Below are positions 10,503 through 24,874 of a DNA stretch of 64,000 nt, piece after piece. Position numbers and translations under genes: made by a program. The notes under the pieces were generated by a model. The model searched no databases and was not told the DNA's origin. It saw nothing but the letters and a program-made list of their open reading frames with translations. Source of the DNA: an uncultured Gemmatimonadota bacterium (GTDB taxonomy: Bacteria; GCA-2686955); NCBI GenBank assembly GCA_964490075.1, contig CAZBBK010000007.1:64383-128382 (forward strand), given 5' to 3'. The number at the start of each line of letters is the position of its first letter. Positions within the stretch are counted from its first letter, which is position 1.

Positions 10503-11573
10503 TCAATCGCAGGGCTGCGGCACTCGCGGGATGCCCGCGTTCTCCAGATCTTCGAGGTGACGGTACCAGTCGCCCCAGAGCTGTGTGTTCTCGCATCCGG
10601 GCAGAGGCTCGCAATCGACGCAGTCGATCATGAAGAAACGCTCCGGCGGGATCTCGAGCGCCTCGCAGAACGCGTCGCGGTCGCTGCTCGAATTGCCGTA
10701 TGCGGCCAGAAAACGCACTCCGATCCGCTCCTCGAGGTCGTCGATGCGGCGCGCCTTGTAGGCCACCTTCTCGGCGTCCGAGAGCGGCGGCAGCACGCCG
10801 CCGGACGCGCCGTAGAGAATGATGGGCCCCAGCGGGAAGCCCATCTCGCGCAGCCACTGGATGGAGATCTCCTTCAGATAGGCGGGACGCGCGGTGATGT
10901 AGACCACCGCCACGTTCTTGGCGCTCCAATGGTTCAGCACCTCGGCCGCGCCCGGCTTCTCCTCCGGCACGTAGTCGATCGGTCCGAGCTCGAAGATCAG
11001 ATCGAGGTACTGTTCGAGATCGTCCAGGGTGCAGGTGCCGTCGATGTCGGACACCACCGCCTTCATCCCGGGCTTCCAGACCCAGGTGAAGGCGTTGGCC
11101 TCGCTCCCATCGCCCGGCACCCAGGCCTTGATGTGGTGGGTTCCGAGCTCCAGCGCGTCGCCGCGTTGCAGCACGAAGCCGGCGTCTCCGCCGCGCGTGC
11201 TTCGTTCGACGGCGGCCAGGCGCCAGTCACCGACGGCATCGGAGAGGTGCAGTTGCACCTCCTCCTTGAAGAGCTCGTGCGAGGGCAGCGCGCGCCCGTA
11301 GAGGCCATGGAAATAGAAGCTCTGCAATTCCCCCTCGGCGACCACCAGGTCCGGCATGTAGTGGTAGGGGTGCAGAAGAGCGGACCACCAGGCGTTGCGC
11401 CAATAGGTGAAAGGCTCAGCGCCCGGATCTGGGAACTCGCTCCAGAACTCGACCGTGCGGCAAGGATCGAGATCGGCGACCGGCGCGGCAGGAGCCGAGC
11501 CGAGCAACACCAGCGGGAGCAGCAGAGAAGAGGCAGAAGGCACGGGACAGTCCTCCGGTTGGTGGACGGGCAT
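10503..11573 (-). CDS. secreted lipin-like LNS2 / HAD-superfamily phosphatase domain protein
   Basis: Signal peptide 'SASSLLLPLVLLGSAPAAP'; 'VVSDIDGTCT' DxDxT motif, 'VVYITARP', 'GPIILYGASGG', 'YGNSSSDRDAFCEALEIPPERFFMID', resembling the lipin/Ned1/Smp2 LNS2 fold. Confidence 0.55.
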   Translation of the reverse strand: MPVHQPEDCPVPSASSLLLPLVLLGSAPAAPVADLDPCRTVEFWSEFPDPGAEPFTYWRNAWWSALLHPYHYMPDLVVAEGELQSFYFHGLYGRALPSHELFKEEVQLHLSDAVGDWRLAAVERSTRGGDAGFVLQRGDALELGTHHIKAWVPGDGSEANAFTWVWKPGMKAVVSDIDGTCTLDDLEQYLDLIFELGPIDYVPEEKPGAAEVLNHWSAKNVAVVYITARPAYLKEISIQWLREMGFPLGPIILYGASGGVLPPLSDAEKVAYKARRIDDLEERIGVRFLAAYGNSSSDRDAFCEALEIPPERFFMIDCVDCEPLPGCENTQLWGDWYRHLEDLENAGIPRVPQPCD

Positions 11574-11639
11574 CGGTCTCGCGTCAGAGTAGCATCGCCG
11601 CCCCGCCCGCGAGCGCCGACCGGCCGCGACGAGCGCGGA

Positions 11640-13985
11640 CTACTGCAGAACCGTCTTCCAGTAAGTCCGCCCGCCGCCGTCTTCCAAGTCGAGCTTCCAC
11701 ATCGAGCGCCCGTAGGTCGCCGCGGCCAGCGTGCGGCTCGTGGGATCGAGCTTTAGATCCATCACCACCACGGCCGGCAGCCCCCGACCCAGGGGCCGCC
11801 AGGAGGCGCCGCCCTTCTCGCTCACGTAGACGCCGACGTCGGTCCCCAGGTAGATCACTTGCGCGTCCTCGGAATCGACGACGCAGCTGTTCACCGGCGC
11901 ATCCGGCAGATTGAACTGGATCGGCGTCCAGGTCGCCCCGCCGTCGGTGGTCTTCCAGACCTGGGCCTCCGGCTCGTCCCACTTGAAGCCCGAGAGGGTC
12001 ACGTAGAAGCGCTCCGGATCGAGGGGATCGGGCGCCACGGCCGTCACCCAGCGCTGCGGAAGCGCGGAGCCGACCTCGGTCCAGAGCGCGCCGCCGTCTC
12101 TGGAGATATGTACCGTCCCGTCGTCGGCTCCCACGTAGAGATAGTCGGAATCGACCGGCGACACCGCGACCGTCGTCAGCGTGCCGAACACGAGATTTCC
12201 GCTGCTCGGTCCGTCGGTCAAATCGCCGCTGATCGCCATCCACGATGCCGCCCGATTGTTGCTGCGATAGAGTCGATGGGTCCCGAAGTAGAGCCTGCTC
12301 GGATCGGCCGGATCGAGTGCGAAAGGGCAGCTCCAGTTGTAGCGATCGTCCCAGCCGACGCCCGAGAGCGCCCAGGAGAAGGTCGATCCGCCGTTGGTGG
12401 ATTTGCTGAACCCCCCGTACTGGTATTCCGCGTAGACATAACGATTGTCGCTCGGATCGACGCGCACGCGAAAACCGTCTCCACCCAGGATCCACTCCCA
12501 GTCATCGGCCGCACCCGAGTAGCTGCGCAGCGTACCGTTGTCCTGGGTGCCGCCATAGAAGCGCCACGGATTGCTGGCATCGATCTCGCAGGTGTAGAAC
12601 TGGGTGATCGGCAGATCGAGCTGCTTGTCCCAGCCGCTGCCCCCGTTATCGGAGAGATAGACCCCACCGTCGTTGCCGAGCACCACGCGGCTCGGATCGC
12701 CGGGCCAGAAGGCAAGAGCGTGGTGATCGACGTGCACCGACCAGCCGACATCGGACCACGAGTCGCCGCCGTTGGTCGAACGATAGAGCTCGAGCCCCAG
12801 CGCGAACACCCGATCCGGATCGTTCGGCGCGACCCGGATGTTGCCGAACCACCAGCCGTAGCTCGAGTAGATCCAGTCCAGGGCCCCATCGTTCACCCGG
12901 CTCCAGGAGTCACCGCCGTCGCTCGATCTGTAGATCCCGTCGAAGTAGCCCACCTGGTCGGCGTAGATCGCGTACATCACATCCGGCTGCGACTCGCAGA
13001 TCGCGACGCCGATCCGTCCCCCCTGGGCGCTGGGTGCGGGAAGGCCTCCCCCCAGGAGCTCCCAGGTGTCGCCGCCATCGGTGCTTCGGTGGACCGCACA
13101 ACCGGGTCCGCCATAGCGTCGCGATTCCGGGCGCCGGATCCGCTCCCACATCGCCGCCAACAACACTTCGGGGCGCTCCGAGCTCATCGCCACGTCGACG
13201 CATCCGGTCGAGTCGTCGACCGCCAGCACCTGCTCCCAGGTTCCGCCGCCGTCGAGGCTACGGTACAGACCGCGCTCCGGATTGGTGCCGTAGAGCGCGC
13301 CCATCGCGGCGACGAAGATGCGCTCGGAATCGCCAGCGTCGACCAGCACCCGGCCGATGTGCCGGGTCGCTCCCAGCCCGGCATACTCCCAGCTCTCGCC
13401 GCCGTCGCCGGAGCGCAGAAGCCCGACACCGGGGAAGGCGGCGCTTCCGCCGCCCGGGTTGACCTCGCCGGTTCCGATCCAGAGCGTCTCGGGATGGCTC
13501 GGATCGAGGGCCAGGGCGCCGATCGCCAGGCTGGGCGCCCTGTCGAGCAGAGTCCGCCAGGTGGTGCCGCCGTCGGTGGTCTTCAGGGCCCCTCCTTCGG
13601 CCGCCGCGACGTAGATGCGATTCGCGTCGCCGGGATGAAAGGCCGCATCGGTGATCCGCCCGCCGATATTGGTCGGCCCGACCGGCTCCCAACGACGCAG
13701 GTCGATCGGCGCCTCGTGGGCGAGGGTCGACGCCTGGTCGAAGGCGGTGCGTCGAGCCGCCGCCTTGATCCGCCCGTGCGGGAAGGCGCGCATCCGGAAC
13801 ATGTAGTCGGCCGGACGGAGCGCGCGACGAATCGCGAGCAAGTCCCGCTCCGCGGCGCTCGACTCCGCGGCCGGCGCGCGCTGCCCCGACCGGGCGCAGG
13901 CAGAGGCGAGCAGAGCGAGCAGGGCGCCCAGAATCAGCGGTCGAACGCAGGTGAGCATGATTCCTCCGGGGTGGGGCCGATTCAT
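11640..13985 (-). CDS. secreted BNR/Asp-box repeat protein (sortilin/Vps10- or GH74-like)
   Basis: Lipoprotein-like signal peptide, then more than 10 Asp-box motifs (DGGTTW, DGGESW, DGGGTW, DGGDTW, DGGDSW, NGGDSW, DGGALW, DGGATW, ...). Confidence 0.7.
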   Translation of the reverse strand: MNRPHPGGIMLTCVRPLILGALLALLASACARSGQRAPAAESSAAERDLLAIRRALRPADYMFRMRAFPHGRIKAAARRTAFDQASTLAHEAPIDLRRWEPVGPTNIGGRITDAAFHPGDANRIYVAAAEGGALKTTDGGTTWRTLLDRAPSLAIGALALDPSHPETLWIGTGEVNPGGGSAAFPGVGLLRSGDGGESWEYAGLGATRHIGRVLVDAGDSERIFVAAMGALYGTNPERGLYRSLDGGGTWEQVLAVDDSTGCVDVAMSSERPEVLLAAMWERIRRPESRRYGGPGCAVHRSTDGGDTWELLGGGLPAPSAQGGRIGVAICESQPDVMYAIYADQVGYFDGIYRSSDGGDSWSRVNDGALDWIYSSYGWWFGNIRVAPNDPDRVFALGLELYRSTNGGDSWSDVGWSVHVDHHALAFWPGDPSRVVLGNDGGVYLSDNGGSGWDKQLDLPITQFYTCEIDASNPWRFYGGTQDNGTLRSYSGAADDWEWILGGDGFRVRVDPSDNRYVYAEYQYGGFSKSTNGGSTFSWALSGVGWDDRYNWSCPFALDPADPSRLYFGTHRLYRSNNRAASWMAISGDLTDGPSSGNLVFGTLTTVAVSPVDSDYLYVGADDGTVHISRDGGALWTEVGSALPQRWVTAVAPDPLDPERFYVTLSGFKWDEPEAQVWKTTDGGATWTPIQFNLPDAPVNSCVVDSEDAQVIYLGTDVGVYVSEKGGASWRPLGRGLPAVVVMDLKLDPTSRTLAAATYGRSMWKLDLEDGGGRTYWKTVLQ

Positions 13986-14047
13986 GGTAACCGCGCGCTG
14001 CTCTCAAGACAGAACGCCCACGGAGCCGATAACGAAACAGAGTTCCC

Positions 14048-15526
14048 ATGAGTCCACATCCCGAGGGAGAGTCGACGATGTACGCGCCAAAGCTCGGTCC
14101 CATCGCAGCTTCGATCGCCCTGGCGTGGTCCTGCACACCCGCTATGGCTGAGCTCGGCTTCGAGCCTGTGAACTACGCATCCGCCCTGGCCCTCACCGTG
14201 AAAGCCGGCCAGGAACCGATCCCGGAGGCGTTTTCGGTCAAGCTGATCCTCGACTCGGCGGGACCGATCGCGGCCGGCGAGATGCGTGCCGACGGCCGCG
14301 ATCTGCGGGTCGTCTATCACGCCCTGGGCGAGACGCCGGTGGAGCTGCATCGCTTCCTCCGCCACCTCGACACCGACACCACCGAGGTCTGGTTCCCCAC
14401 CCAAAAAGCGTTGGCGGAACACGGCGACGACGACCAGTACCTGCTCTACCACGGCCATCCCGAGGAGAACGCCGAGCCGCCGGCCGATCCCAACGAGGTC
14501 TTCGTGCCCCACCTCGACGAGCACACCGTCGCGCTCTACCACTTCGAGGAGGGCGAAGGACTGGCGGTCGACGACCATTCCGGCCGGGGGCACCACGCCG
14601 ACGCCGGCCCCGAGCACTCGCCTCCCGGCTGGGGCCGCGGCCGCTTCGGCGGAGCGATGGATTTTGGCCATCGCAGCATCAACAACTACGCCAACGTTGC
14701 GGACGCGCCCGATCTGCACATCGCCGAGGGGACCTACGAAACCTGGGTGCGCGCCAACGACCTGGTCGCCACCCAGGCCTTCCTCAGCAAGGACCATGTC
14801 GGCTTCACCACCGGCGGCCACCTGACGATGTCGTGGATCCAGGGGTTGCAGAAGCTGCAGGTGCGCCTGCAGAGCACCAGCGCGCACTACTTCGTCCAGA
14901 ACGACTGCGACGCCACCGCCGACCGCTGGTACCACGTGGCCTTCACCTTCGGCTCCGCCGGAATGCACCTCTACATCGACGGCGAGCTGGAGGACTGGAA
15001 CCCCTACACCGGCGGCACCGAGACCAACGACAACATGCTGGCCATGGGCGCGGGAACCTGGCACTACCCCAATCCACCGCACGAGGACTTCTTGGACGGA
15101 ATGCTGGATGGCACCCGCATCTCGAACATCCAGCGCGACTTCTTCCCCTACGCGAAGGTCCACGATGACCCGGTGGTCAGCGCCGAGCCGGTCGCGCTGC
15201 CGGCGGTGCAGGTCTCCTGCTGTGGCCTGGTGGCTTGCGAGCGCGGCACCTTCGTCTATCGGGTCAAGGCTAGGAATCCGACCCTCGCTCCGCTCGAGCT
15301 GCGAGTACGGATCCTCATGGGGATCGGGGTGCCGCACCCGATCGAGCTCTATTCCGGACCGGTCGACGACGAGCTCGAGATCGCCAGGGAGGTACGGGCA
15401 CCGGCACACCTTCCCGAGGAGTGCCCGGCCTTCGTCAAGATCGGGGCCGGCCTGCTGAACGACTACGGAGAGGTCGTGACCTCCGACCTGTGCGAGATCG
15501 AGTTCATTTCGGCCGATCCGCAGTAG
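14048..15526 (+). CDS. secreted LamG/concanavalin-A-like lectin domain protein
   Basis: Signal peptide (MYAPKLGPIAASIALAWSCTPAMA if the start is at 14078); 'TVALYHFEEGEG...GHHAD', 'WYHVAFTFGSAGMHLYIDGEL' is the Laminin_G_3 pattern. The 3' end overlaps the convergent dapF by about 22 nt. Confidence 0.6.
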   Translation: MSPHPEGESTMYAPKLGPIAASIALAWSCTPAMAELGFEPVNYASALALTVKAGQEPIPEAFSVKLILDSAGPIAAGEMRADGRDLRVVYHALGETPVELHRFLRHLDTDTTEVWFPTQKALAEHGDDDQYLLYHGHPEENAEPPADPNEVFVPHLDEHTVALYHFEEGEGLAVDDHSGRGHHADAGPEHSPPGWGRGRFGGAMDFGHRSINNYANVADAPDLHIAEGTYETWVRANDLVATQAFLSKDHVGFTTGGHLTMSWIQGLQKLQVRLQSTSAHYFVQNDCDATADRWYHVAFTFGSAGMHLYIDGELEDWNPYTGGTETNDNMLAMGAGTWHYPNPPHEDFLDGMLDGTRISNIQRDFFPYAKVHDDPVVSAEPVALPAVQVSCCGLVACERGTFVYRVKARNPTLAPLELRVRILMGIGVPHPIELYSGPVDDELEIAREVRAPAHLPEECPAFVKIGAGLLNDYGEVVTSDLCEIEFISADPQ

Positions 15527-16340
15527 TCGGGGGGGCGGGCGGCATCGAGCCCCGGTAGACCACCGAAACCGCTCCCCCCAGGCGCACGCCGCCAAAGCCC
15601 TCTGGGCGCATCTCGAACTCCACCTCGAGGCGGTCGCCGCCGCGGGTTCGGATCGTCACCGGAGAGCGCGCGCCCCAGTGCCGGGCCGCCGCCAGGGCCA
15701 CGGCCACCGCGCCGGTCCCGCAGGAATGGGTCTCCCCTTCGATTCCACGTTCCCAGGAGCGCATCACGATCGCGCCCTCCTCGCGGTGGGCCAGGTCGAC
15801 ATTGGCGCCCGCTGCGCCCCAGAGCGCATGACTGCGCAAGGGTGGAGCGAGATGCTCCAGGCTCCAGGCGCCGGGCGACTCGGCCAGCACCACCGCGTGC
15901 GGCACTCCGCTCTCGACCCACCAGAGCTCGATCCGCTCCGCGCCGACCTCGATCCGGTGGCGACGCGGCCCTTGTGTTTGGGGCATTTCGATACGCACCA
16001 GCTCCTCGGCAACCTCGGCCTCGAGCAGCGCGCCGCCGGTCCAGAGCCGTGCCCGCCTGCCGGTCAGGCCATGGTCGACCGCGAAGCGGGCCGCGCAACG
16101 CGCACCGTTGGCGCACAGATCGGCGGCCGAGCCGTCGGCATTCCAGTAGTCGAGCGCGATCTCCCCCGCGCCGGTCGAGCGCACCAGGAGCAGACCGTCG
16201 GCGCCCACCGCGAAGCGCCGGCGGCAGAGCCTGCGCGCCAGCTCCGCGCCCTCCTCGACCCGGCGCCCCGACGGATCATGAATCAGGATGAAGTCGTTGC
16301 CGGCCGCGCACATCTTGGTGAACTCCAAGGGCGCACTCAC
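15504..16340 (-). CDS. dapF: diaminopimelate epimerase
   Basis: 'FTKMCAAGNDFILI', 'CANGARCAARF', 'ETHSCGTGAVAVA' catalytic Cys regions. Confidence 0.85.
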   Translation of the reverse strand: MSAPLEFTKMCAAGNDFILIHDPSGRRVEEGAELARRLCRRRFAVGADGLLLVRSTGAGEIALDYWNADGSAADLCANGARCAARFAVDHGLTGRRARLWTGGALLEAEVAEELVRIEMPQTQGPRRHRIEVGAERIELWWVESGVPHAVVLAESPGAWSLEHLAPPLRSHALWGAAGANVDLAHREEGAIVMRSWERGIEGETHSCGTGAVAVALAAARHWGARSPVTIRTRGGDRLEVEFEMRPEGFGGVRLGGAVSVVYRGSMPPAPPTTADRPK

Positions 16341-17946
16341 AGGACCAGCTCCAGGTCTTCGATGCTCTCGCCGGGCAGCAGCTCGAGCTCGACGATCACC
16401 ACCGGCTCTCCCCCCTCGCCGCCGCGCGGATCGGCGCCGTCCCAGGCCCCGTCTCCGTCGCGATCCTCGAATGCCGCCAGGGCATAGATGCCGGGGGCGA
16501 GCCCTTCGATCCGAAACGCCCCGCCGGCGTCGCAGAGGCGGCGAGCGACGGTCCGTCCGCCGCTCGAGACGAGCACCATCGCGGGTTCAGCGCGCGGCTT
16601 CACGCCGACCACCGCACCCGCCAGGTCGGCGGCCTGATCGCGCGCCGGCAGGCGGCAGGCGAGCTCGAAATCGGCGCGATTGCCGGCCGGATCGACCAAT
16701 GCGGGACCGGGAATGAGGAAGCCGTGGAGCGCCGCCGTATCGGGGAGCGCAAACCTCAGGGCCAGGATCGCGGAATTGACCCAGCGCGTGGCCGAGACGG
16801 AAACCCGCTCTCCGGTCGAATCGCCGAGCTCGAAGTGCACCAGGGAATCGCCCGGCGCCCGCCGCGAGCTTGCGGCCAGGGGCTCGCCGAAGACCAGCCA
16901 GGTCTCGCCTCTCGGCGGCACCGCCCCCCCGGTGCTGTCGATCGTCGACGCGAGCAGCGCGGGCGGCCGGGTGTCGAGGCGCTGTGACGCCTCCAACTCG
17001 ATCCAGGGAGGCTCCGGGCGCTCCGGGAATCCGTCAGGCAGGCCCTCGATCTCGAGCGTCACCAGCCCCGCGACCGAGTCGACCTCGACGAAAAGACGGG
17101 TGCCGGCCGGGACGATCCGCCCGCCGACCTCTGAGCCGTCGATTCGCACCGCCGGCTCGACACCCGGCAGCAGCGCCTCGTCGATGCGCAACTCGACCAG
17201 GCCCCGGTGCAGGAAACGTCCGTCGACGATCTGGGTGGGGCGTTCGTGGGGCTCGCTCAGCACCAGCCGCACCTCGGTCGAATCGCCGCTCGAAACCGGG
17301 CGCCAGTAGGCGGCCGCCGGCTCCCGACCCGGCTCGCAGCGACCGTTGCCGTTCTCGTCCTGGTAGGCGATCACCCGCCACTCGCCCTGTGGCAAGTGCC
17401 CCATCTCCCAGCGGCCTTCTGCGTCCGACGCCACTCGGTAGAGCGGGCGGATCCAGTGCAGGGGCGTCGCGGCCGGCTCGGGACCGTCGAGCTCCAGCAG
17501 CGCCACCGTGACCCCGGCGGCTCCCGCGCCGCTGCCGATCCCTTCGAACACGCGGCCGGCGAGCCGCCCGCTCTCGATCACGCTCGCGGTGCTGATCGCC
17601 CAGCTGAGGGGCTGCGCGAGGCGCACTCCGTGCAGGTCCGCGAGCTGCTCGGAGAAGCCCAGCTCGTAGGTGCGCGCCGAGTCCAGCGCGGCCCGCACCC
17701 GAACCCTGCGGCCATGCTCCTCGACCTCGACCGCGCCGGGATCGGGACGGATCTCGAAGGCCGCCTCGGCCCCCGAAACGGGCTCGCTGAAGATGATCTC
17801 GATCGGCTGCCGCGGATCGACCCCGGTGGCTCCATCGGGCGGCCGGGTCGAGACCAGCAGAGGCGGAGTCTCGTCGATCGGTCCCCCGGGCGGCAAGGCC
17901 ATCTCGGCGCAGCCCAGGGCCGCGAGCGGGAGCAGGAGAATTCGCT

Positions 17947-17950
<4 letters not shown>
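16337..17950 (-). CDS. Ig-like (Big/SbsA-type) domain lipoprotein
   Basis: 'MKRILLLPLAALGC' lipoprotein signal. 'ETPPLLVSTRPPDGATGVDPRQPIEIIFSEPV' Ig-like domain. 4-nt overlap with dapF. Confidence 0.55.
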
Positions 17951-21028
<3,078 letters not shown>

Positions 21029-21039
<11 letters not shown>

Positions 21040-21853
21040 CGGGAGCCTTGGAGCGGCCCGCGCGCATCAGGCCGCGGCTGCTCTTCTTGATGAAGTCGAT
21101 GAGCGGCAGGACCACCGGATGCGGCTCCTGGGCGTCCAGCTTCTCGAGCGCCGCGGCCACCGTGAGGTGCGAGCGGAAGATCACCTTGTAGGCCCGCCGA
21201 ATGGCCAGGATCTCCTGCTCGGAGAAGCCGCGCCGGCCGAGTCCCACCGCGTTGATGCCGATCACCCGCGGCTCCGAGCCGGCGGCCAGCGCATAGGTCG
21301 GCACGTCCTGCGTCACCCGGGCACAGCCGCCGATCATGGCGTGCGCCCCGATCCGCACGAACTGGTGCACACCGGTCAAACCGCCGATGATCGCTTGGTC
21401 GTCGACCTGCACGTGCCCGGCCAGGTTGGCCGAATTGGCCAGCACCACGCGGTGGCCGATGCGGCAATTGTGCCCCACGTGCGTATAGGCCATGAGCAGA
21501 TTGTGGCTGCCGATGCGGGTCTCTTCCCCGGCGGCGGTGGCGCGATTGACCGTGCAGTACTCGCGGAAGGTGTTGTGGTCTCCCACCACCGTGTAGCTCA
21601 GTTGCCCTTCGAACTTCAGGTCCTGCGGGATCGAGCCGACGACCGCTCCGTGATGCAGGTGGTTGCCCCGCCCCAGGCGGGTGTGGGCCCCGACCAGAGC
21701 GTGGGAATCTACGACGCTCTCCTCGCCGATCACCACGTCTTCTTCGACGATCGCATAGGGTCCGATCACGACCCCGTCTTCGAGACGGGCGGTCGGGTGC
21801 ACCACCGCACTGGGGTGAACTCCGCTGATCAGGTCCATGCCGTCGATTCTCAC
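21029..21853 (-). CDS. lpxA: UDP-N-acetylglucosamine O-acyltransferase
   Basis: Hexapeptide repeats, 'HVGHNCRIG', 'GGCARVTQDVP'. Likely start at M 21838. Confidence 0.85.
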
Positions 21854-23145
21854 TGGGACGCTCCCATCGCATCAGACCGGTCCACGACCATGGCCTGCAG
21901 CTCGGTTTCGCACACCACCGCGCCACGCACCGTCACTCTCCCGAAGACTCCCGAGAGCCGTTGCATCCGTCGCATGAAGATCTCGATGCGCAGCTGGTCC
22001 CCCGGAACGACGATCTTGCGGAAGCGGGCGTTTTCTATCGCGGCAAGATAGATCATCTTGCCCTCGAAGTCTTCACGACTCCGGTAGAGAAGATACGCGG
22101 AAGCCTGGGCGATCGCCTCCAGAATCAGCACTCCGGGCATCACCGCCTGGCCCGGGAAGTGGCCCAGGAAGTGCGGCTCCGAAGCAGTCACATTCTTGAT
22201 CGCCACCATCCGCTTGCCGAGCTCGAGCTCCAGCACCCGATCGACCAGGAGGAGAGGGTAGCGGTGCGGCAGGATCTCCATGATCTTCTGGATGTCGTGG
22301 AGCCCGCCGCCCTGAACCGATCGGTTCCGCACCAGCTCTTGCGCGAACTTCACGTTGCTGGTGTGGCCGGCACGAATCGCGACGATATGCCCCTGGATGC
22401 GCCCCGGCACCAGCGACAGGTCGCCGATCAGGTCGAGCAGCTTGTGGCGCGCCGGCTCGTCGCTGAACCTGAGCGCGGAATCGTTCAGGGTGCCCGCTTC
22501 GGTGAGCACCACCGCGTTGTCGAGGCTGCCGCCCTGGATCAGACCTTGCGCCCGCAGCTCCTCGATCTCGTGGTCGAAGCAGAAGGTGCGCGCCGGAGCC
22601 ACCCGCTCTCGGAAGTCGCCCAGCGACTCCGAGACGGTCCCCATGCCGAGCTGCGGATGTTTGAAGTCGATGTTGAAGGTGATGCGCAGGCGATCGTCGG
22701 AAGGCAGATAGACCAGCTCCGCGCCACCGTCTCGGAAATGCACCGGCATCATCAACTCGAAGACCTCGGGGGAGGTCTTCTGCGGCACGATCCCCGCCTG
22801 ATCGATCGCCTCGACGAAGGGCCGGGCGCTGCCGTCGAGAGCAGGCGGCTCGGGGCCGTCGAGCTCGATGATGGCGTTGTCGACCTCGCAGCCGCTCAGA
22901 GCCGCCAGCACATGCTCGACGGTGTGCACCACCACCCCATCTTCCGACGCCAGGTTGGTGCCCCGCGGCGTGGTGTCGACGCGGTCGACCCGCCCCGGTA
23001 TCTCGGGGCGGCCCTCGACATCGGTGCGGACGAAGACCCGGCCGGTCGATTCGACCGCCGGCAGAAGCCGCATCTTGACCTGCGCGCCGGTGTGCAGCCC
23101 GATCCCCTCGAGCTCCACCGGTGCGGCGATCGTTTGCTGGCGAGT
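21850..23145 (-). CDS. lpxC/fabZ: bifunctional UDP-3-O-acyl-GlcNAc deacetylase / 3-hydroxyacyl-ACP dehydratase (LpxC-FabZ fusion)
   Basis: N-terminal LpxC ('[16 protein letters not shown]', '[10 protein letters not shown]'); C-terminal FabZ hot-dog ('[13 protein letters not shown]', '[22 protein letters not shown]'). Confidence 0.85.
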   Translation of the reverse strand, partial: TRQQTIAAPVELEGIGLHTGAQVKMRLLPAVESTGRVFVRTDVEGRPEIPGRVDRVDTTPRGTNLASEDGVVVHTVEHVLAALSGCEVDNAIIELDGPEPPALDGSARPFVEAIDQAGIVPQKTSPEVFELMMPVHFRDGGAELVYLPSDDRLRITFNIDFKHPQLGMGTVSESLGDFRERVAPARTFCFDHEIEELRAQGLIQGGSLDNAVVLTEAGTLNDSALRFSDEPARHKLLDLIGDLSLVPGRIQGHIVAIRAGHTSNVKFAQELVRNRSVQGGGLHDIQKIMEILPHRYPLLLVDRVLELELGKRMVAIKNVTASEPHFLGHFPGQAVMPGVLILEAIAQASAYLLYRSREDFEGKMIYLAAIENARFRKIVVPGDQLRIEIFMRRMQRLSGVFGRVTVRGAVVCETELQAMVVDRSDAMGASQ

Positions 23146-23170
23146 CATCGAACCCATCCCGGTACTCGAT

Positions 23171-24268
23171 TCATCCAGTGCTGCCGAGCCGCGTCTCGTC
23201 GCGACCGGCGTCCCTCGCTCGAGGCACCTCGGCCGGCGGATCCGTCTCCAGCGCCTTGATACGCTCCTCGAGCGCTCGCAGCTTGCGGCCGATTTTCGGC
23301 AGCCGCGCGATCCAGGCCAGGGCGCGCTTGCCCTCGCGATGCGGTCGCGCGGGGGCGCCGAGCACGCACGCCCCTGCCGGAATCGAGCGGGTCACCGCCG
23401 AGCGGGCCGCCACCATGGCGCCGTCGCCGATGGTGATGTGTCCGATGATGCCGGCTTGACCGCCGATGACCACGTCGTCACCGATGGTGGTCGATCCCGA
23501 GATCCCGACCTGCGCGCACACCACAGCGTTGCGCCCCATGCGCACGTTATGTCCGATCTGCACCAGGTTATCGATCTTGGAGCCGGCCCCGATCACCGTC
23601 TCGCCCAAGGTGGCGCGATCGATCGTGGTGTTGGCACCGATCTCGACGTCGTCGCCGATCGACACCCGGCCCACCTGAGGGATCTTCTCTTGCACACGGC
23701 CGTTCTGCGCGAATCCGAAACCGTCGGCTCCGATCACGGCACCGGCGTGCACCACCACCCGGTTCCCCAACTCCACCGACTCGCGAATCACCGCGCCCGG
23801 ATAGATCAGCGCGTCGTCTCCGACCTGCGCGCCCTCGCCTACGAAGGCGCCCGACATCAGGATCACCCGATCGCCAAGCCGCGCCCCGGCCGCGACCACC
23901 GCGTGGGCATGAATCGACACCGCGTCGCCGATCTCGGCGCGTTCGGAGATCCGCGCCGAGGGATCGATGCCCATGCCGCTCTTGCGCCCGTCGGGGTGAA
24001 AGAGGTGCATCACGTTGATCAAGGCGACTTGAGGATTGGCGACCGTGAGCCGCGGCGGTCCTCCGTCGGCCGTGACCCGCGCACTCGGAACGATGACCGC
24101 GCTGGCCTTGCAGTCGGCCAGGAATGGCAGGTAGCGCAGATTGGTCAGAAAAGAGACTTCGCCCTCGCGGGCTTCCTTGATCCCCTGAATCCCCCGAATC
24201 TCGATCTCGGGCAACCCCTCGGAATCCGCGCCGATCAGCTCGGCGAGCTGCGGTAGCAAAATGGCCAT
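23171..24268 (-). CDS. lpxD: UDP-3-O-(3-hydroxyacyl)glucosamine N-acyltransferase
   Basis: LpxD left-handed beta-helix repeats. Start MAILLPQ at 24268. Confidence 0.85.
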   Translation of the reverse strand: MAILLPQLAELIGADSEGLPEIEIRGIQGIKEAREGEVSFLTNLRYLPFLADCKASAVIVPSARVTADGGPPRLTVANPQVALINVMHLFHPDGRKSGMGIDPSARISERAEIGDAVSIHAHAVVAAGARLGDRVILMSGAFVGEGAQVGDDALIYPGAVIRESVELGNRVVVHAGAVIGADGFGFAQNGRVQEKIPQVGRVSIGDDVEIGANTTIDRATLGETVIGAGSKIDNLVQIGHNVRMGRNAVVCAQVGISGSTTIGDDVVIGGQAGIIGHITIGDGAMVAARSAVTRSIPAGACVLGAPARPHREGKRALAWIARLPKIGRKLRALEERIKALETDPPAEVPRARDAGRDETRLGSTG

Positions 24269-24317
24269 AGGCTGTGTTCCATGCGTCGCCCGGCGTCGCT
24301 CCACCGGCGGTCGAATG

Positions 24318-24848
24318 CTACTCCTTGGTACCCGAGTCGAGCTCGGCGATCACGCTCTCGGTGAGGTCGAGATCGCCGTCGGCCCAGACCACGCCCGCGG
24401 CCGAGGCGTCGAAGACCATGGCGTGGCCCTCGCGCTCGGCGACCACCTTGATCGACTCTAGAATCGCGGCCTCGACCGGGCGCAGCAGCTCCGCCCGGCG
24501 CTTCGCCGCCTTGCCTTCCGGCCCGAAGTAGCGCTGCACGTACTCGTCGAGGGCCACCCTCTTGCGGTTGATCTTCTCTTCCTTCTGCTTCTTCGCCGCG
24601 TCCGAGAGCATGCCCGACTGACTCTGGTACTCCTCGAAGAGGGCCGCCACCTCCTGCTCCATCTCCGCGGCTTCCTTGCGCCAGCCCTCGATCTCCTGCT
24701 GCAGCTGGCTGACCGCCCCCTTGGTGGCGGCGTAACGCTCCAGAATCTCGTCGGAGCGCACGAAGCCCAGCTTCTGCTCCGCGAGGGCCGGTCCGCCGGC
24801 GGCGATCATCATTGCCAGGGCGCAGCCCATGGCGCGCATCGCTTTCAT
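24318..24848 (-). CDS. skp: periplasmic chaperone Skp/OmpH
   Basis: Signal peptide, then coiled-coil '[24 protein letters not shown]', OmpH-like, between bamA and lpxD. ATG at 24848 verified. Confidence 0.75.
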   Translation of the reverse strand: MKAMRAMGCALAMMIAAGGPALAEQKLGFVRSDEILERYAATKGAVSQLQQEIEGWRKEAAEMEQEVAALFEEYQSQSGMLSDAAKKQKEEKINRKRVALDEYVQRYFGPEGKAAKRRAELLRPVEAAILESIKVVAEREGHAMVFDASAAGVVWADGDLDLTESVIAELDSGTKE

Positions 24849-24874
24849 TCTCGGTTCCTTGTCGCCTCGAGGCG

